NCBI RefSeq assembly: GCF_006345805.1
Contig: NC_042997.1
Coordinates: forward strand, 68,696,001 to 68,760,000
Length of the DNA: 64,000 bases
Source of the DNA: Octopus sinensis
Lineage: Eukaryota
Direction: 5' to 3'
Made by a program: the position numbers and the translations under genes
Shown here: positions 14,739 to 28,300 of the stretch, piece by piece
Numbering within the stretch: position 1 is the first letter of the stretch
Layout: each line of letters begins with the position of its first letter
The notes under the pieces: generated by a model
Databases searched by the model: none
Seen by the model: only the letters and a program-made list of their open reading frames with translations
Told to the model about the DNA's origin: nothing

Positions 14739-15448
14739 TCACACTTACGCACACACACATATATATATACACGTGTATATGTGTGTGCAGATGTATAAAT
14801 GTTAACATGAAACTGTAGGCAAGAGAAAGAATATAAAGCTTTAGAATGTCTACTCAGTATACGCTGGATTGTATTGGTGCATGTAGTGATACTACAAATA
14901 GGACAATAGCTAGACAACATTAAGTATTAGTGATGGGAAATTATTGTGCACATTATGTATTCAAATATTACTCATAATCAATTTCCTGATTATTTTTAAA
15001 CAGATTCAAACGCTTGCTATTAGTTTCAATATAATCAGCACCTGCTGTTATTTCATTCAAACAGATATTGTGATGCAATGTTTACTGTCAAATTCAGAAG
15101 GAAAAAAAATCGAAACAAAACAAAGTAGGACATTGAAATATTGGGAAAGCAAGACGGGTGAAAAGGAAATATGAAAAAAGTTAAAGGAAAAGAGAAAATT
15201 GAGAAACAAATCAAAGGAACAAATGCGCAAGTATAAGAAAGGGAGAGATTTAAGATATTAAGATATAGAGAAAGAAAATTGTGTGTGGGAGGGAAAAGAG
15301 ATGATTAAAATTAAGTCAGAGTGAGTAACAGAGTAAAAACAATGTATATAATGGCACAGCGAAAGCAAATATTCAGAAATACAAGAGAAAATTAGTCACT
15401 GTGATATAGAGGCCATTGTGAGAGAGAGAGCGAAGAGACACAGAAAGC

Positions 15449-15483
<35 letters not shown>

Positions 15484-16614
15484 GGGAGGGGAGAGAGATA
15501 GAAGAAATATATGGAATAAACAGCAGTAATAAAAAGGAGTAAAGGTGTATTGGATTAGATAAAGAGAGATGAGGAGAGAGATAAGACAGACATACTGGGA
15601 TAAAGAGAATTGTGTAACTCAAAAGAAAAACGGGGAAATAGAGCAACATAGAGAGAGAAAAAATATGAATCATGAGAAATAAAGTGTTTGCAATAACAAA
15701 AAAAAAAGAGAAGTGAATATGACAATGATTATGAAGATGACAGTAAAAATAATACTAATAATGCTTCAAGAGCAAGGGAAATAAAAATAAAATGAAAATG
15801 AATTAGAATTTTGAGAGAATAGATAAACAGAAACTGATAAATAGCATTGAAAATAAAAATAGATAAAATAATGTACAAAATAATATGCAAAAAGCAACAA
15901 AAACAAACAACAACTTAACAGGATTTAACTAAAAGATAAGATTGGTTTATTAAAGTGCAAAATCAATGGTGCTACTGTCAATGCAGTTATTTCTTCCAGA
16001 AATAATCATATTTTCTAAAATTGGCACAAAGATTTAAATTTCTGTTGGTCATTACATTAAATTTTAATTGACCATCACCAGGACTTCGCGGGTATTGATA
16101 TCACCGATTACAAAATAATTAACAGCAAATTCAGTCCAAGCAGTAGCATTTGAATTATAAATTTAAGCAAAACATAAGTAAACAGGCAGAACATTTTGTT
16201 CCAGCTTCTTCTACTAATTTGCACAATATTGTGATTTTGTACTCGCGAGAATAGTATATGGCTGTTATTTGATTACTTTATGAATCCTAAATGGATGAGA
16301 GCGAGTGAACTCGTGGTTAGGGTGTTGCACTCACGTGGTTTCAACTCCCAAATGGGGTAGTGCTTCGTATTCCTGCGCAAATAATATTAGTTTAATAATA
16401 GTCCAATTTTTTAACACAAGGCCAGCAATGATTGCGGAGACGTTAGATCATTAACGCCAGTACATCACTGCCAATATATTTAACAACCCTCATAAAATCA
16501 CATTCCTAGATTGCTTTCATAATATATTTATAACGTTTATACCGTTCTCCTATGGATGGGTGTGCTTGTATATGTACATATATATACATACACACACATG
16601 CATAATAGTGTATA

Positions 16615-16653
<39 letters not shown>

Positions 16654-16666
16654 TGTGTGTATGTTT

Positions 16667-17005
16667 AAATTAATAGAGGTCACAAAAATGACAGAGGGTA
16701 CTGACTAGCTCTGCTTTAGCTAAAAATAAGAGTTAAAACGACTTAAAAGCCATAAAAGCACTCTCTTAAGGATTGACAAAGGGAGGTAAGCGTAAAAAGT
16801 CGGATCACGATTTCAGATTTTGATGTAGACCATATCAATCCTCAAAATCCGAAATTGTGATCCGACTAGGTTCGATGGGGACTTACCTCCCTTTGTCAGT
16901 CATTCAGACAGTGCTTTTGTGGTTTCTTTTTTAGTTTTAGCTCTTATTTTTAGCAAAATCGGTGCTAGTCACTACCCTCTGTTACAATTATGACCCTATT
17001 AATTT
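16667..17005. mobile_element. Foldback/MITE-like element, ~160-bp imperfect arms
   Basis: Left arm AAATTAATAGAGGTCAC...AGTCGGATCACGATTTCAGATTTTGA is mirrored by TCAAAATCCGAAATTGTGATCCGACT...TGACCCTATTAATTT; (TA)n tracts lie on both sides. Confidence 0.75.
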
Positions 17006-17062
17006 GCTTTTAGGTTCTAATTGCTAATCAGCCACCCTTTTTTTATTTGTTATATATATATA

Positions 17063-17109
<47 letters not shown>

Positions 17110-17251
17110 CATTAATCAAAGGACACAATGAAGTGTCTAGCCGCTAGAAATAAGAGTTAAAATTCTCATTTGGACCACCAAAAATTACCCTGACAACAAT
17201 AAGTGCAACGGTATACGGGCAAGCGAACCGAAAGGGAATTCTCACATACCA

Positions 17252-18274
17252 TCTTTATATATATAAAACTGAGAATGTGTGTCTGTCTGTCTGTCTGTGT
17301 GTTTCCCTAAAACTTGAGAACTACACAACCAATTTCATTCAAATTTTACACATGCCTTACTTAGGGTCCGGGGAGTGTCATCGGCAAAAACAAATGTTTA
17401 TCTTCTTGCCTAGGGCGAGCCCATAGCAATATCATATCTTCTCCACTGTTTCAGTATTAAGTGCTAAAAGTGAATCAAAAACGTTTCTCTATTTTATGTC
17501 AGATACTTTCACTTTAACAATAAAAATAATAATAACAATTGAATTATATGTAGTAAGTAATAATTAAAATCAAACTAAAGTAACATAACAAAAGTAAAAA
17601 TAGCAATTGGTATAAAATTACATCAATGATTTGAACTTGAATAAGTGGTTTCACATGAATGGGAATAAATGAAAAATAAAATTAGCGTGCAGAAATGGAA
17701 TAGTCCAGATGGATAATAAAAAAATTAATTAAAGAAAAGACTATTGTCTATAAAGTATACAATGTAGAGAAAAAAGATTTGAACACATGGAGGAAAGCAC
17801 CTTCGAAAAGTGTCTTGGTGTGACTATGAAAGGTATCTAATCAGAGGCGGTAAATTCGCCACAATAGAAGCAAGGTTCTAGTAAACGGAGCGTGCAAGGG
17901 AGTACTCGACTCGAACTTGCAAGGTGGAAATATTTAAATTTACTTTTATATCTGGGACGTAGGACGTCCCGGAAAAAATTTAAAATGCCCCTCCCTCCAC
18001 CAGAAGTAGAGGTAGGCTGGATTGTAGCCACACTTCTATACAAGAGGGAGGACAAGATACAATTGATCGAAATTACAAGAGACAGGCTAACAATTTCAGT
18101 CTATTATATATTTTGAGTATTGTTACCACTAGCGATATCAAGATATAACTTTTTATTTTGTATTTTATGTGTAGATGTATATATATAGATGTACATGTAA
18201 TATGTACACGTATATATACACATATATACATGCACTAACACTATGACCCGGCAACGTCGGGTCTTTAATGCTAG
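17252..18274 (+). mobile_element. Non-autonomous Helitron
   Basis: 5' A|TCTTTATATATATAAAA; 3' hairpin GACCCGGC-AAC-GTCGGGTC (18245-18263) then CTAG|T; inserted between A and T with no TSD. Confidence 0.8.
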
Positions 18275-20216
18275 TTATAACATAAAGCTATATATTTAAT
18301 GGAAGAAGTATATATGTAGATCGGTTCTTGGTTTGACACAATGTTCGTACCTTCTCCAGCACATCTTGATCTTTAGCAACATCACCTCAGTCCGCCACGT
18401 TTTAAATTTGCTAGCGTCCTTAATTGCTTAGCGCCAAAATGTGGACAGCCTGAGTATGAAAATATTAATCAGCAGCAAAAATATTCAGAATTGAATATTT
18501 TTATAGATATTAATATTATTATTATCGAAGTCAATACAAATAATCCACAATAGCAAAAATATTAATATACGTGGTTGCAGGCCTAAATCAGCGTTACATA
18601 GCTATAAAGGTAAAATTATATTAATCAAAGGACACAATGAAGTATCTACCCGTTGCAAATAAGAGTTAATGCTCTCCTTTGAAAAACCAAAAATTACACA
18701 GCAAACAGAGGCACAATAGCCTGAGGCTATTGTAAAAGATGCAATGGGACTGGTTTTGATAATAAAATTTCACAATGTGTTCGCTGTTCAGTAATGTACT
18801 TTTCAGCTCTTAAATTTTAGGGTCTTCTTTATATAAATCTGAAACAAAATAAGGAACCATGTGGTTGGGAAGCAAGCTTCACACCACACAGGGCCGCTGC
18901 TGTCCCTATATACATATAAAAAAAACAATTTATTCTTACTTATTTAAACTAGACGACAACAATCCATATCATAAAATGCTGTTACAATTATACCTGCTCT
19001 TTTTTCATAATTATTTATATAAGCATAATCGAACTTATGACATCTATAAATAAAGGAATAAATCAAGCAACACATTAGCAAAATCCCCACCTTGTTCACA
19101 AATGATGCTCTTTCAGATTCAGCTATACAACTAAACTAATCTGAATGAAAATATATCTCAAACAGTTTATACATTTAAATCTGGCGAAAATATTAACCTT
19201 TATTCTGAGTTAACTATCAAATTACATGTAACTGTATATAGACGTAATAATCAAGGTTGGTGGTGTTTCGGTCACCCGTAACTGTGGCTATGAATAAAGT
19301 ATAAAGTAAAATGATCACTTTTCCTTGCGCATCTCATATTATATGATAAACATATCCTGTTTTTTTCATCTAATTTGGAGTTACGGAAAGAAATCTTTAT
19401 ATAAGCGAGGAAGTATGAAACAAAAGCTAACTAAAAGTCTGAAAACAAGCATGCTTTGGAGTTTAAGAGGGTTAAGAATGAAGTATATGAAATATATAAA
19501 CAAAGTGATTCGAATCGTTATGGTTTCACGAGCAGGCAGACCCCACTACAGAATATATGATATACAGAGCTTGTTAACATCGAACACGGCAAAAGGAAAT
19601 ACGTTGGCGTAAAAAGAAGTTGCACCCTTGGCACCATTGCAGTTAAAAAGAAGAGAAGTCATTAGAAAGGAAATATTTATTGAACTACTAATGAGATGAT
19701 TATAAATCTAATATATTACCATTTGCTCCTTTAACTTAAGGACTGCGGAGCACCGCTGTGCAAAGTTTTGCTCATACAAATATGTTTTTTAATCTGGCAC
19801 TTATTCTCATTGTTTCTTTTGCCAAACTACGTAACGCGGATGTAAAATAAAACAGCACCATTGTCACGGGAGGATCAAACACAGACACAAAGCACACAAT
19901 CTTACATACACACACCCACACGCGCGCACACACACACACATATATGTATGCATGTATTATGTATCTATCTATCGATCTATCTGTCTATCTATTTATCTAT
20001 CTATCTATATATCTCTGTCTGTCTGCCTGTCTGTCTGTCTACTCTCTCTATATATATATACATATATATGTAGTAAGAAAAGGGATGAAGAGAATTTCGA
20101 TTATCCCCATATGGTGATTTGTATTGTGAAAAGTTATATATAGATACACAATAAAAGAAGGAAAATGCACACAGTTTACATAGTTTTAGTATATTTTTAA
20201 TGACGGGTTTCGCTTT

Positions 20217-20973
20217 CACTAATCATGACATTGAAATTATTGTGATTTCGTATTTTCTTTAGACGTTTTCGTCTATGTTCTTGTACGAAAGTTTGTGAAT
20301 GAATCAACAGATAGGAAAAATCTACAAAAGTCAGCAAACAGAATAAATCTGACAAATGCAAAGCTATACGCAACAACCACGAAACCAACGGTTAAGAAAT
20401 GTGAACGTCCAAACTATGGAATATAACCCAACCTAATACAAAGCTCGGAATTCCAATTCAAACAAGGAAAGAGTTTCACAATTAAGACCAACTTCACTTG
20501 TGCATCCAGCATTTTAATTTATGCTATAACTTGTTCAGGTTGTGGACACAACTATAGAGGACAGATACGAATGTCACTTAGACAGAGAAACACACTGCAT
20601 AAGTAACTAGCAAAGCAAAGAAACAATTTCCGTAGAAGCACGTTTAAATAAAGAAAATATATTTATCGAAAAATACAGAACACGCCTAATCATGAACGCA
20701 TAACCAACTTTGGTCTCAGTATATATTTTAATTCATGATCACATATCCATCACTGTAAATATTTCACTACTTTAGCTCATGAGCTACTGTTATGTTTATT
20801 TATCCCATACCAAAAGTAAGCAATTGCCTCTCCCGTCCCGAATAATATCTATCACCATTTACCTCCCCTTAAATTTCTCTTCTTGTGGATTCAGTCACAA
20901 ACTTTCATACAAGAACATGGACTAAAAACTTCTTAACAAATACGAAATCCCAATAATTTCAATGTCATGAGTA
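20217..20973 (+). mobile_element. Penelope-like element fragment (GIY-YIG region) bracketed by inverted ~90-bp repeats
   Basis: ~20345-20620 reads KKCERPNYGI*...FTIKTNFTCASSILIYAITCSGCGHNYRGQ..SLRQR.TLH (decayed GIY-YIG). 20217-20310 is an inverted, diverged copy of 20881-20973. Confidence 0.7.
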
Positions 20974-21469
20974 GATAATGCAAAACCGGTCGATTACCAC
21001 AATACTCTTTCATTTGAAATATACTAAAATTATGTAAACTGTGTGCATTTTCCTTCGTTTATGATATATATATATATATATATATACATATATATATAAA
21101 GTTATTATAAATGGCGATAGCATGATGAAATTTATTAAACTATAAGAAAATTCAAATATCATGACAAATTGTTTCGTAACTTAAAGCATGTAACATGTAA
21201 AGATAATTAATTTAATGATATATAAATTACTTGCATATCTGCAATAATAAAAAAAACCCATTTAAAACATTGCCGAAGTCAAGCTACTTCTTAAGACTTT
21301 TGTCTTTCATCTGATGATGTAGTTTAATTTCAGCGTTGTCTTAAAGAGCAACATGCTACATTGTATTATTGCAGGCATGTAAGTAATTTATTTATTAACT
21401 ATATTGAATTATATTATCTGTACATGTGATATTTGTTGTGATATTTGAATTTTGTAATTTTTTTTTTTC

Positions 21470-21714
21470 TTTCATTTGCTTCAGTCATTTGACTCTGTCC
21501 ATGCTGCAGCACCGCCTTTAATCGAACAAATCGACTCCAAGACTTATTCTTTGCAAGCCTAGTACTTATTCCATTGGTCTCTTTTCCGAACTGCTAAGTT
21601 ACCTAAACACACCAACACTTGTTGTCAAGCGATGGTGGGGGACAAACACAGACACACAAATACATACATACATACATACATACATACATACATACATACA
21701 TACATACTCTCTCT

Positions 21715-21781
<67 letters not shown>

Positions 21782-21970
21782 GACGGGCTTTCAGTTTCCG
21801 CCTACCAAATCTACTCAGGAGGCTTTGTTCGGCCTGAGGCTATAGTAGAAGACACTTCCCTACGCCTTGTTACCACACAGCCACGCCTGCGCCTTGTTAC
21901 CACATAGTCACGCCTCTGCTTTCTTACCACACAGCCACATAGGCGCCTTCTTACCACAAAACTACTCCCG
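21470..21970 (-). mobile_element. tRNA-derived SINE with rearranged, tandemly repeated head
   Basis: Same family as 24571-24982. The B-box segment is missing and is replaced by four 25-29 nt copies of the A-box head. Confidence 0.75.
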
Positions 21971-23402
21971 CACCTTATAGTTAAAGATAATTTTATCATG
22001 CTATTTCTCTCGGCATTTATAAATGTATAGACCCCTTATCGTTTTCTCTTGTATCGTACTATATATTCTGTTTTGTAGAATGATACAGTATATATATATA
22101 TATACTGTATATATATATATAGTGTGTGTGTGTGTGTGTGTGTGTTTGTATGTGTGTGTGCGCGCGGGCGTGTGTATGCAAATCCACACACACAGAATTA
22201 AACGGTGCGAGGGCTACAGTAGAAGTTACTGCGCAGTGGGATTAAGTCGGAAAATACGTAAACGCAAAGGAAGCTTCTTAATCACACAACCATGAGAACT
22301 ATTTTTACTGAAGGTGAAGTTATGCATGAATTAGGATTCTGAGAGTAAAGAACAGAGTACCATAATTCATGTGCTAAGATGCTGCTGCTGTGGATTTGTT
22401 TCCTTTATGTAGAAGTATGCAATTTCAAATTCGTTTGCAAATATCCATCATTCCTGCGAATATTACCGTCTGAAAGTTGTTTTTTCTTGTTTTTAGAGAA
22501 ATCTTTTGTTTACTCGATATGGATGATGATGGAAAAAATAGTTTTCTAAAAAGAAATGGAAACTATGCACCATTGGATAAAATACTCCTAACTATACTGT
22601 CAGAATATATTACTGACGTTCCACCGTTAGAGTTCCAGAAGAGCAGAGAAGCAAAATAGAATATTTTTAAGTAAAAAGGGGACGAAAACAGAAAAAAAAA
22701 AGATAACGGAAATGAAAACAAAATCTGGGGCAATATCAACGACTACAAGTACTCTTAGAATGAATTTTTGAGGAAGAGTCATTGGAAAATATTTGAATCA
22801 TCTGTTTAACATTGCTGCTTATTTTTTTGTCTTCCTGCATCGTTTGTAGCGATTAGCAGTTCACTTCTATCTATCCTAGTCGTTCCGATTTGCAAAACAT
22901 ATTGTTATAGAACAATAAAGGAGACACTAGACGTGAATACGTACAAGTAGACACATACAGACAAAACACTAACCATAGAGTGAATAAATCTCAATGCGAG
23001 CCTGACATGAAGTAATGCATAGTTTGTAACGTCTCATATTAAAAGTTTCTTCCAGTAATTAATACCTCCATCAATCATGCCTACACAATATGCAAAACAA
23101 GATCTGCTTAAAAAAAAAGAGGTTCTACAAAACTAAAACAGATGAAAAGGGCAACATGCTACACTATTGCCAACTTTGTGAGGATGTCCTCTGAAAATAG
23201 GGATGATACCGTAGCCAGAGAAAATGGCATTAGCATAGAACAGAAAAAGGGGAACAATAAAGATGAACGCATTTAGATGCATGAATCAGGTGGGACCTCG
23301 GAACAAAGACAATAACCTAATTGAAATAACCAACCAGATATTCTTCAAGCTGCTCAAAATAAATGTTTCTATATGATTGTAAAACGACGAAAATCTACAC
23401 GT

Positions 23403-23700
23403 CAGCTCGTGGGAGGGGGTTAAGTTGACTACATCAACTCCAGTGCTTAACTGATAGTTATTTAATCGACTCCGAAAGGATGAAAAGCAATGTCGACCTT
23501 GGCAAACACATTTTGTGTGTTTATTATATGCAAAGACTACTTAGGATAGTACACAGTCCTAAGTAGTCTTTGCATATAATAAACACACAAGATGTGTTTG
23601 CCAAGGTCGACTTTGCCTTTCATTCTTTCGGGATCGATTAAATAAGTATCAGTTAAGCACTGGAGTTGATGTAGTCAACTTAACCACCTCCCACGAGCTG
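23403..23700. repeat. Inverted duplication, 144-bp arms, 10-nt spacer
   Basis: 23403-23546 versus 23557-23700; 8 mismatches counted by eye. The outer ~100 bp is a truncated SINE and the inner ~45 bp is non-SINE sequence. Confidence 0.95.
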
Positions 23701-23779
23701 CCCTTGTGGCAAAAACTTGAAATCACTTCAGCTACCCCATTGGATCCTTAATGAGATCTCTGCCATTGGTATTAAAACC

Positions 23780-24400
23780 CGAATTCCGAAATCAGTAGTG
23801 ATACGGGCCAACTCCACCTTAAACCAAGACAGGGAGAAAGCATCTTAATATCATTTCAATCAAACTTTGCATGTTATCATCATAATACTTCAGCAAAACC
23901 TATTAGAACTAAGTATTGAAAGACATCCATGTATCCAGTTTACAGTCATGATCAAATACCATCATGAGGTTTAGAAAGGAGAGTTTTGGAAAGAATCCCC
24001 TGCCTGATGACTAATGGTTCAGAACTAGAGGAAAGTACAACAAACTTAGCGTAACATTTCATATGGTAACGAGCTGGATGCTCTGTTCATATATGGCTAT
24101 GTCCGAAATCACTAAAATGAAAGTAACGTACTCAACCAAATTTGTCTGTCTCGAACCAAAACCGGTATATTATATTTCATTGAAAGGTATCCTTTTACAA
24201 CAACCAGCTCATGCATAAAAAAAGGTGAGCGGTTACAGAATCTGTAGAATTAACACAGACTACACATACATTATAAAGACTTTCAAAAATTTCTTCATGA
24301 TACTATCTGCTTGTAGAGAATGAAGGAAAGGCAAAGACATTAATGCATTCAGCCCGTAGAAAGGATACTTCTGATAAAAAAGTATAGGATTTTACAATAT
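23780..24400 (+). mobile_element. Highly decayed non-LTR reverse transcriptase remnant
   Basis: Only faint traces resembling DFSKAFD (YFSKTY*) and YADD (YGYV); many stops. Confidence 0.3.
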
Positions 24401-24570
24401 TGTACAGGACATTCACAAACACAATATGAAAATATTGTAGAGCAATATTATTGTTAAAACGTCAGAAAAAATATTGGCAAGACAGGCCAAAAATGATCTG
24501 AGATTGAGTGATTAAAATGTGGGGAGTAGAGAAAATCATTTACCCAGAATATACTGCCAGAATATAATAA

Positions 24571-24982
24571 TATTCTTTTACTCTTTTACTCTTTTACTTG
24601 TTTCAGTCATTTGACTGCGGCCGTGCTGGAGCACCGCCTTTAGTCGAGCAAATCGACCCCGGGACTTATTCTTTTGTAAGCCCAGTACTTATTCTATCGG
24701 TCTCTTTTGCCGAACCGCTAAGTAACGGGGACATAAACACACCTGCATCGGTTGTCAAGCAATGCTAGGGGAACAAACACAGACACACAAACACATACAC
24801 ACACATATATATACATATATACGACGGGCTTCTTTTAGTTTCTGTCTACGAAATCCACTTACAAGGCTTTGGTCGGCCCGAGGCTATAGTAGAAGACACT
24901 TGCCCAAGGTGCCACGCAGTGGGACTGAACCCGGAACCATGTGGTTGGTAAACAAGCTACTTACCATACAGCCACTCCTGAG
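24571..24982 (-). mobile_element. Near full-length tRNA-derived SINE
   Basis: Minus-strand head CAGGAGTGGCTGTATGGTAAGTAGCTTG...GGGTTCAGTCCC, central (CA/TA)n, and (GAGTAAAA)n tail. Confidence 0.9.
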
Positions 24983-25493
24983 TGAAACACAAAACTTTTT
25001 ACCGGCTATATAAATTTAAATGAACTGCTTCCGGACTACAGCATTAGATTTATATCTCTAATAATTCAAAGCACTACAATACATAAATAACGACATTTGC
25101 GTAATCTGAAGAAGCAGGAATTCTCAAAACCAAAAAGGACAAGGCGATTAAAAACATTACAATTTAAAAAATAGGTTATGTGTGTGCCGATACACGTCTG
25201 TTTGTAGACATACAAGAATATTTATATGTTCACACAAATAACGCACTAGCATTGATGTCTATACCTGTCCATCGATATATGCTTGTAGATATGTGCCTCC
25301 ATGCTTGCATGCAAGCATACATACATAAACAGATACAACACAATTAAATAACCTCGTAAAAATTTCTTTAAATAATCCACTTATTGAAAGAAATAAGAAT
25401 CAGAAATAAGCGAAGTGAGATCTCAACACGATTTCAATCCGAAGTGATGCAATTCAGCTTCCATTTTATATTCAAAACTCTCTCTCTCTCTCG

Positions 25494-25613
<120 letters not shown>

Positions 25614-27219
25614 ACGCTTACCTACGTGTATGAGTGTGCCTGTATGTCTGTCTGATTCCCGTTTCAGAAATATAATTGCTCCGAGAACATTTTTATGAAA
25701 TACTCAAGCTTCCCAGTTACAGACATTCCAGTAGCAGATATTTATAGGTTGGAATGTTTCTATCTAAGACACAACTATTTTGTATACTGTAAACTTAGTG
25801 ACCTCGACACGCATAAGTAACTTACAGCTGTAATCCTTGTCTAATGTAGCATTGTAAACGATTAACTAGGATGCGATTTCATCTCGGAATTATTACGTTC
25901 GCACGCAAACCACATATACTTAAGCATACACACACACACACACATATGTATATATATATATACACACACACACATATATATATATATATAAGCTTCTATA
26001 GATGTTTATAGGTTGCAGCCGATCCTTTGTGCTCGTTGCTGATGATTTTTTCTGTGCTTTTGACAATTTTAATGTCATCATAACTTTGGGCATCAGTGTC
26101 TACTTTTCTGTTTTATCTCATAATACCAATAGAAATAATGTAACTGTATGTTTTTTTTATCTTTATTTTATACGATATAGTTTCATAATATAATAATTAT
26201 GAAGGTATGACAGCAAACTTCATTTATTGTGCTAATTTTTTCAGCATGAATATGAAAGATAAACGTAAAGAAAGAGAGAAGATATTGATATTTAATGTGT
26301 ATTTGCATTATATAGATATATATACACACAAAACGCTCACACGCATGCTCTCTCACGCACCTCATACACACATATACGTATATATATATATATATATTAT
26401 ATATATATATATATAATAATAATAAATAAATAAATACATATATATATATATATATATTGTGTCAAGCCGTACAGAGTCAAAACCTCGCACTGATTTTGAT
26501 TTCATGTCCAATATCACATTTTTACATGAATGAAAGTGGCTATAATTTTATGTGTAACAAATAGGTTTCTGAAACAAGTCTACACATGATTATTATTCGA
26601 CAATCAATGTTCATAGTTCTAGAGAACAACAACGGATATAATCAGATTTTCGTGGTATTCTCTCGGGAGTTGGCGATATTTGTGCAGTGAACAGTCTAAT
26701 ATGGAAGTGAAATTTTAGTTTAGTAAACTAAAACTGTAAGGTCCTTGATATATATTGTTAGTAATATAAAACGCCTAAATGTAATCAATAAAATTGCAAA
26801 ATTTTAATATTTGAATGAGGAGGTAATTGAGTGTTCGTGAACCGTTATAGGGCTTTCTAGACTGATGAAAAAGAAGATGGTAGAAGCGTATCCTCAATCC
26901 AGAATGCTTGTAACAGAATCAACTCCTCTAAAAGAACCCAACGTGCCAGCATTAAGAACGAGACTTTTATTCTAGCACGCAAGTAAGCCATAACGTGATT
27001 CGAACTCCGACCTCAGTACACAGAGTATATGCTTTAACGTTTTCATAGCTCTGTTAGTGCACTGCCTTGAATTGTAAATTTGTTATCTATAGCCTCAGTA
27101 TAAAATGTTAACTTGAACCCGGCGGAATTTGAACAGGTACTACGAAATATTCTCCCCAACGCTCTGCGAGAGTGCCAATTCGCCCCATCAAACGCATTGT
27201 CTTTCCATTATTTATTTGC

Positions 27220-27600
27220 AGCTAAGGCGGCGAGAATGGGTAGCACACCAGGTGAAATGCTTAACGGCATTTCATTCGTCTAAGTCAGTGAGCTGGCAGA
27301 AACGTTAGCACGCCGGGCGAAATGCTTAGCGGTATTTCGTCTGCCGCTACGTTCTGAGTTCAAATTCCGCCGACGTCGACTTTGCCTTTTATCCTTTCGG
27401 GGTCGATTAAATAAGTACCAGTTACGCACTGGGGTCGATATAATTGACTTAACCCGTTTGTCTGTTCTTCTTTGTCCTCTCTGTGTTTAGCCCCTTGTGG
27501 GTAGTAAAGAAATAAGTATTTCGTCCGTCTTTACATTCTGAGTTCAAATTCCGCCGACGTCGACTTTGCTTTCATCATTTCTTGGATGTTGAGTAGTAGG
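27220..27600 (+). mobile_element. Cluster of second-family SINE copies (TTCTGAGTTCAAATTCCGCCGACGTCGACTTTGC core)
   Basis: One near-complete copy (~27285-27520) plus partial duplicates. The same core recurs on the minus strand at ~35220-35400, ~53456-53660 and ~56660-56800. Confidence 0.85.
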
Positions 27601-27916
27601 AGTAGAGTACTGAGGTCAATGTAATCTTCAATCACCACATTTTCAACAAATACCATAGTTTAATCCTGAATCCCTATTTACCAGCACGGCATTATTCATT
27701 CATTTCATCTAAGGGACACAGTCATACAGCCTATCGATCATTCATCTATTCTTCAATATATTTATACTCTCCAGAAATTATGCAATTATCTACACAAAGT
27801 ATCCATGCATCGTGGGATCCATTCACCCACTTTGTTTTTAACTCTTCATCCACCAGGTCACAAACATACAACCATCTTCGCATTAACCTATTCACTAATT
27901 CATGCACGCTATATCA

Positions 27917-28300
27917 TCTCTCTCTATATAAACGGCAGTTTGTCTGTGCGTGTTTCTGTGTGTCTGTTTGCTTGTACCCTCACCCTGACCACGGCTTTCA
28001 ACCGATTCTGATGAAACTTGACACACACATAGCCCAATGTCATAATTCAAAACTAACGCAGCGAAAATTTTGAAAAGTTCCCCCAGTTCTGAACAAAATC
28101 GATAAATTCGACATGGGGTCGAGAACCAGAAACACAAACCGCAAACTGTCTAGGGGACGCAACTCCACCTTTTTTTACTCTCAAAAAAATTTACCATCAT
28201 TTTTTTCCATTTTTTTTGCTATTTTTGGGCTATAACTCTCTAAAAATGCTTTATAGTTATTTCCCTTACAAACCTGAGCAACGCCGGGCGATACTGCTAG
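27917..28300 (+). mobile_element. Non-autonomous Helitron
   Basis: 5' A|TCTCTCTCTATATAAA; 3' CCTGAGCAACGCCGGG hairpin then CTAG|T; same terminal architecture as 17252-18274. Confidence 0.75.

Noticed and set aside
24003-24050. CTGATGA...GAAA motif
   Set aside because: Stem I cannot be formed and the stem II register is wrong; it lies within a decayed LINE remnant.
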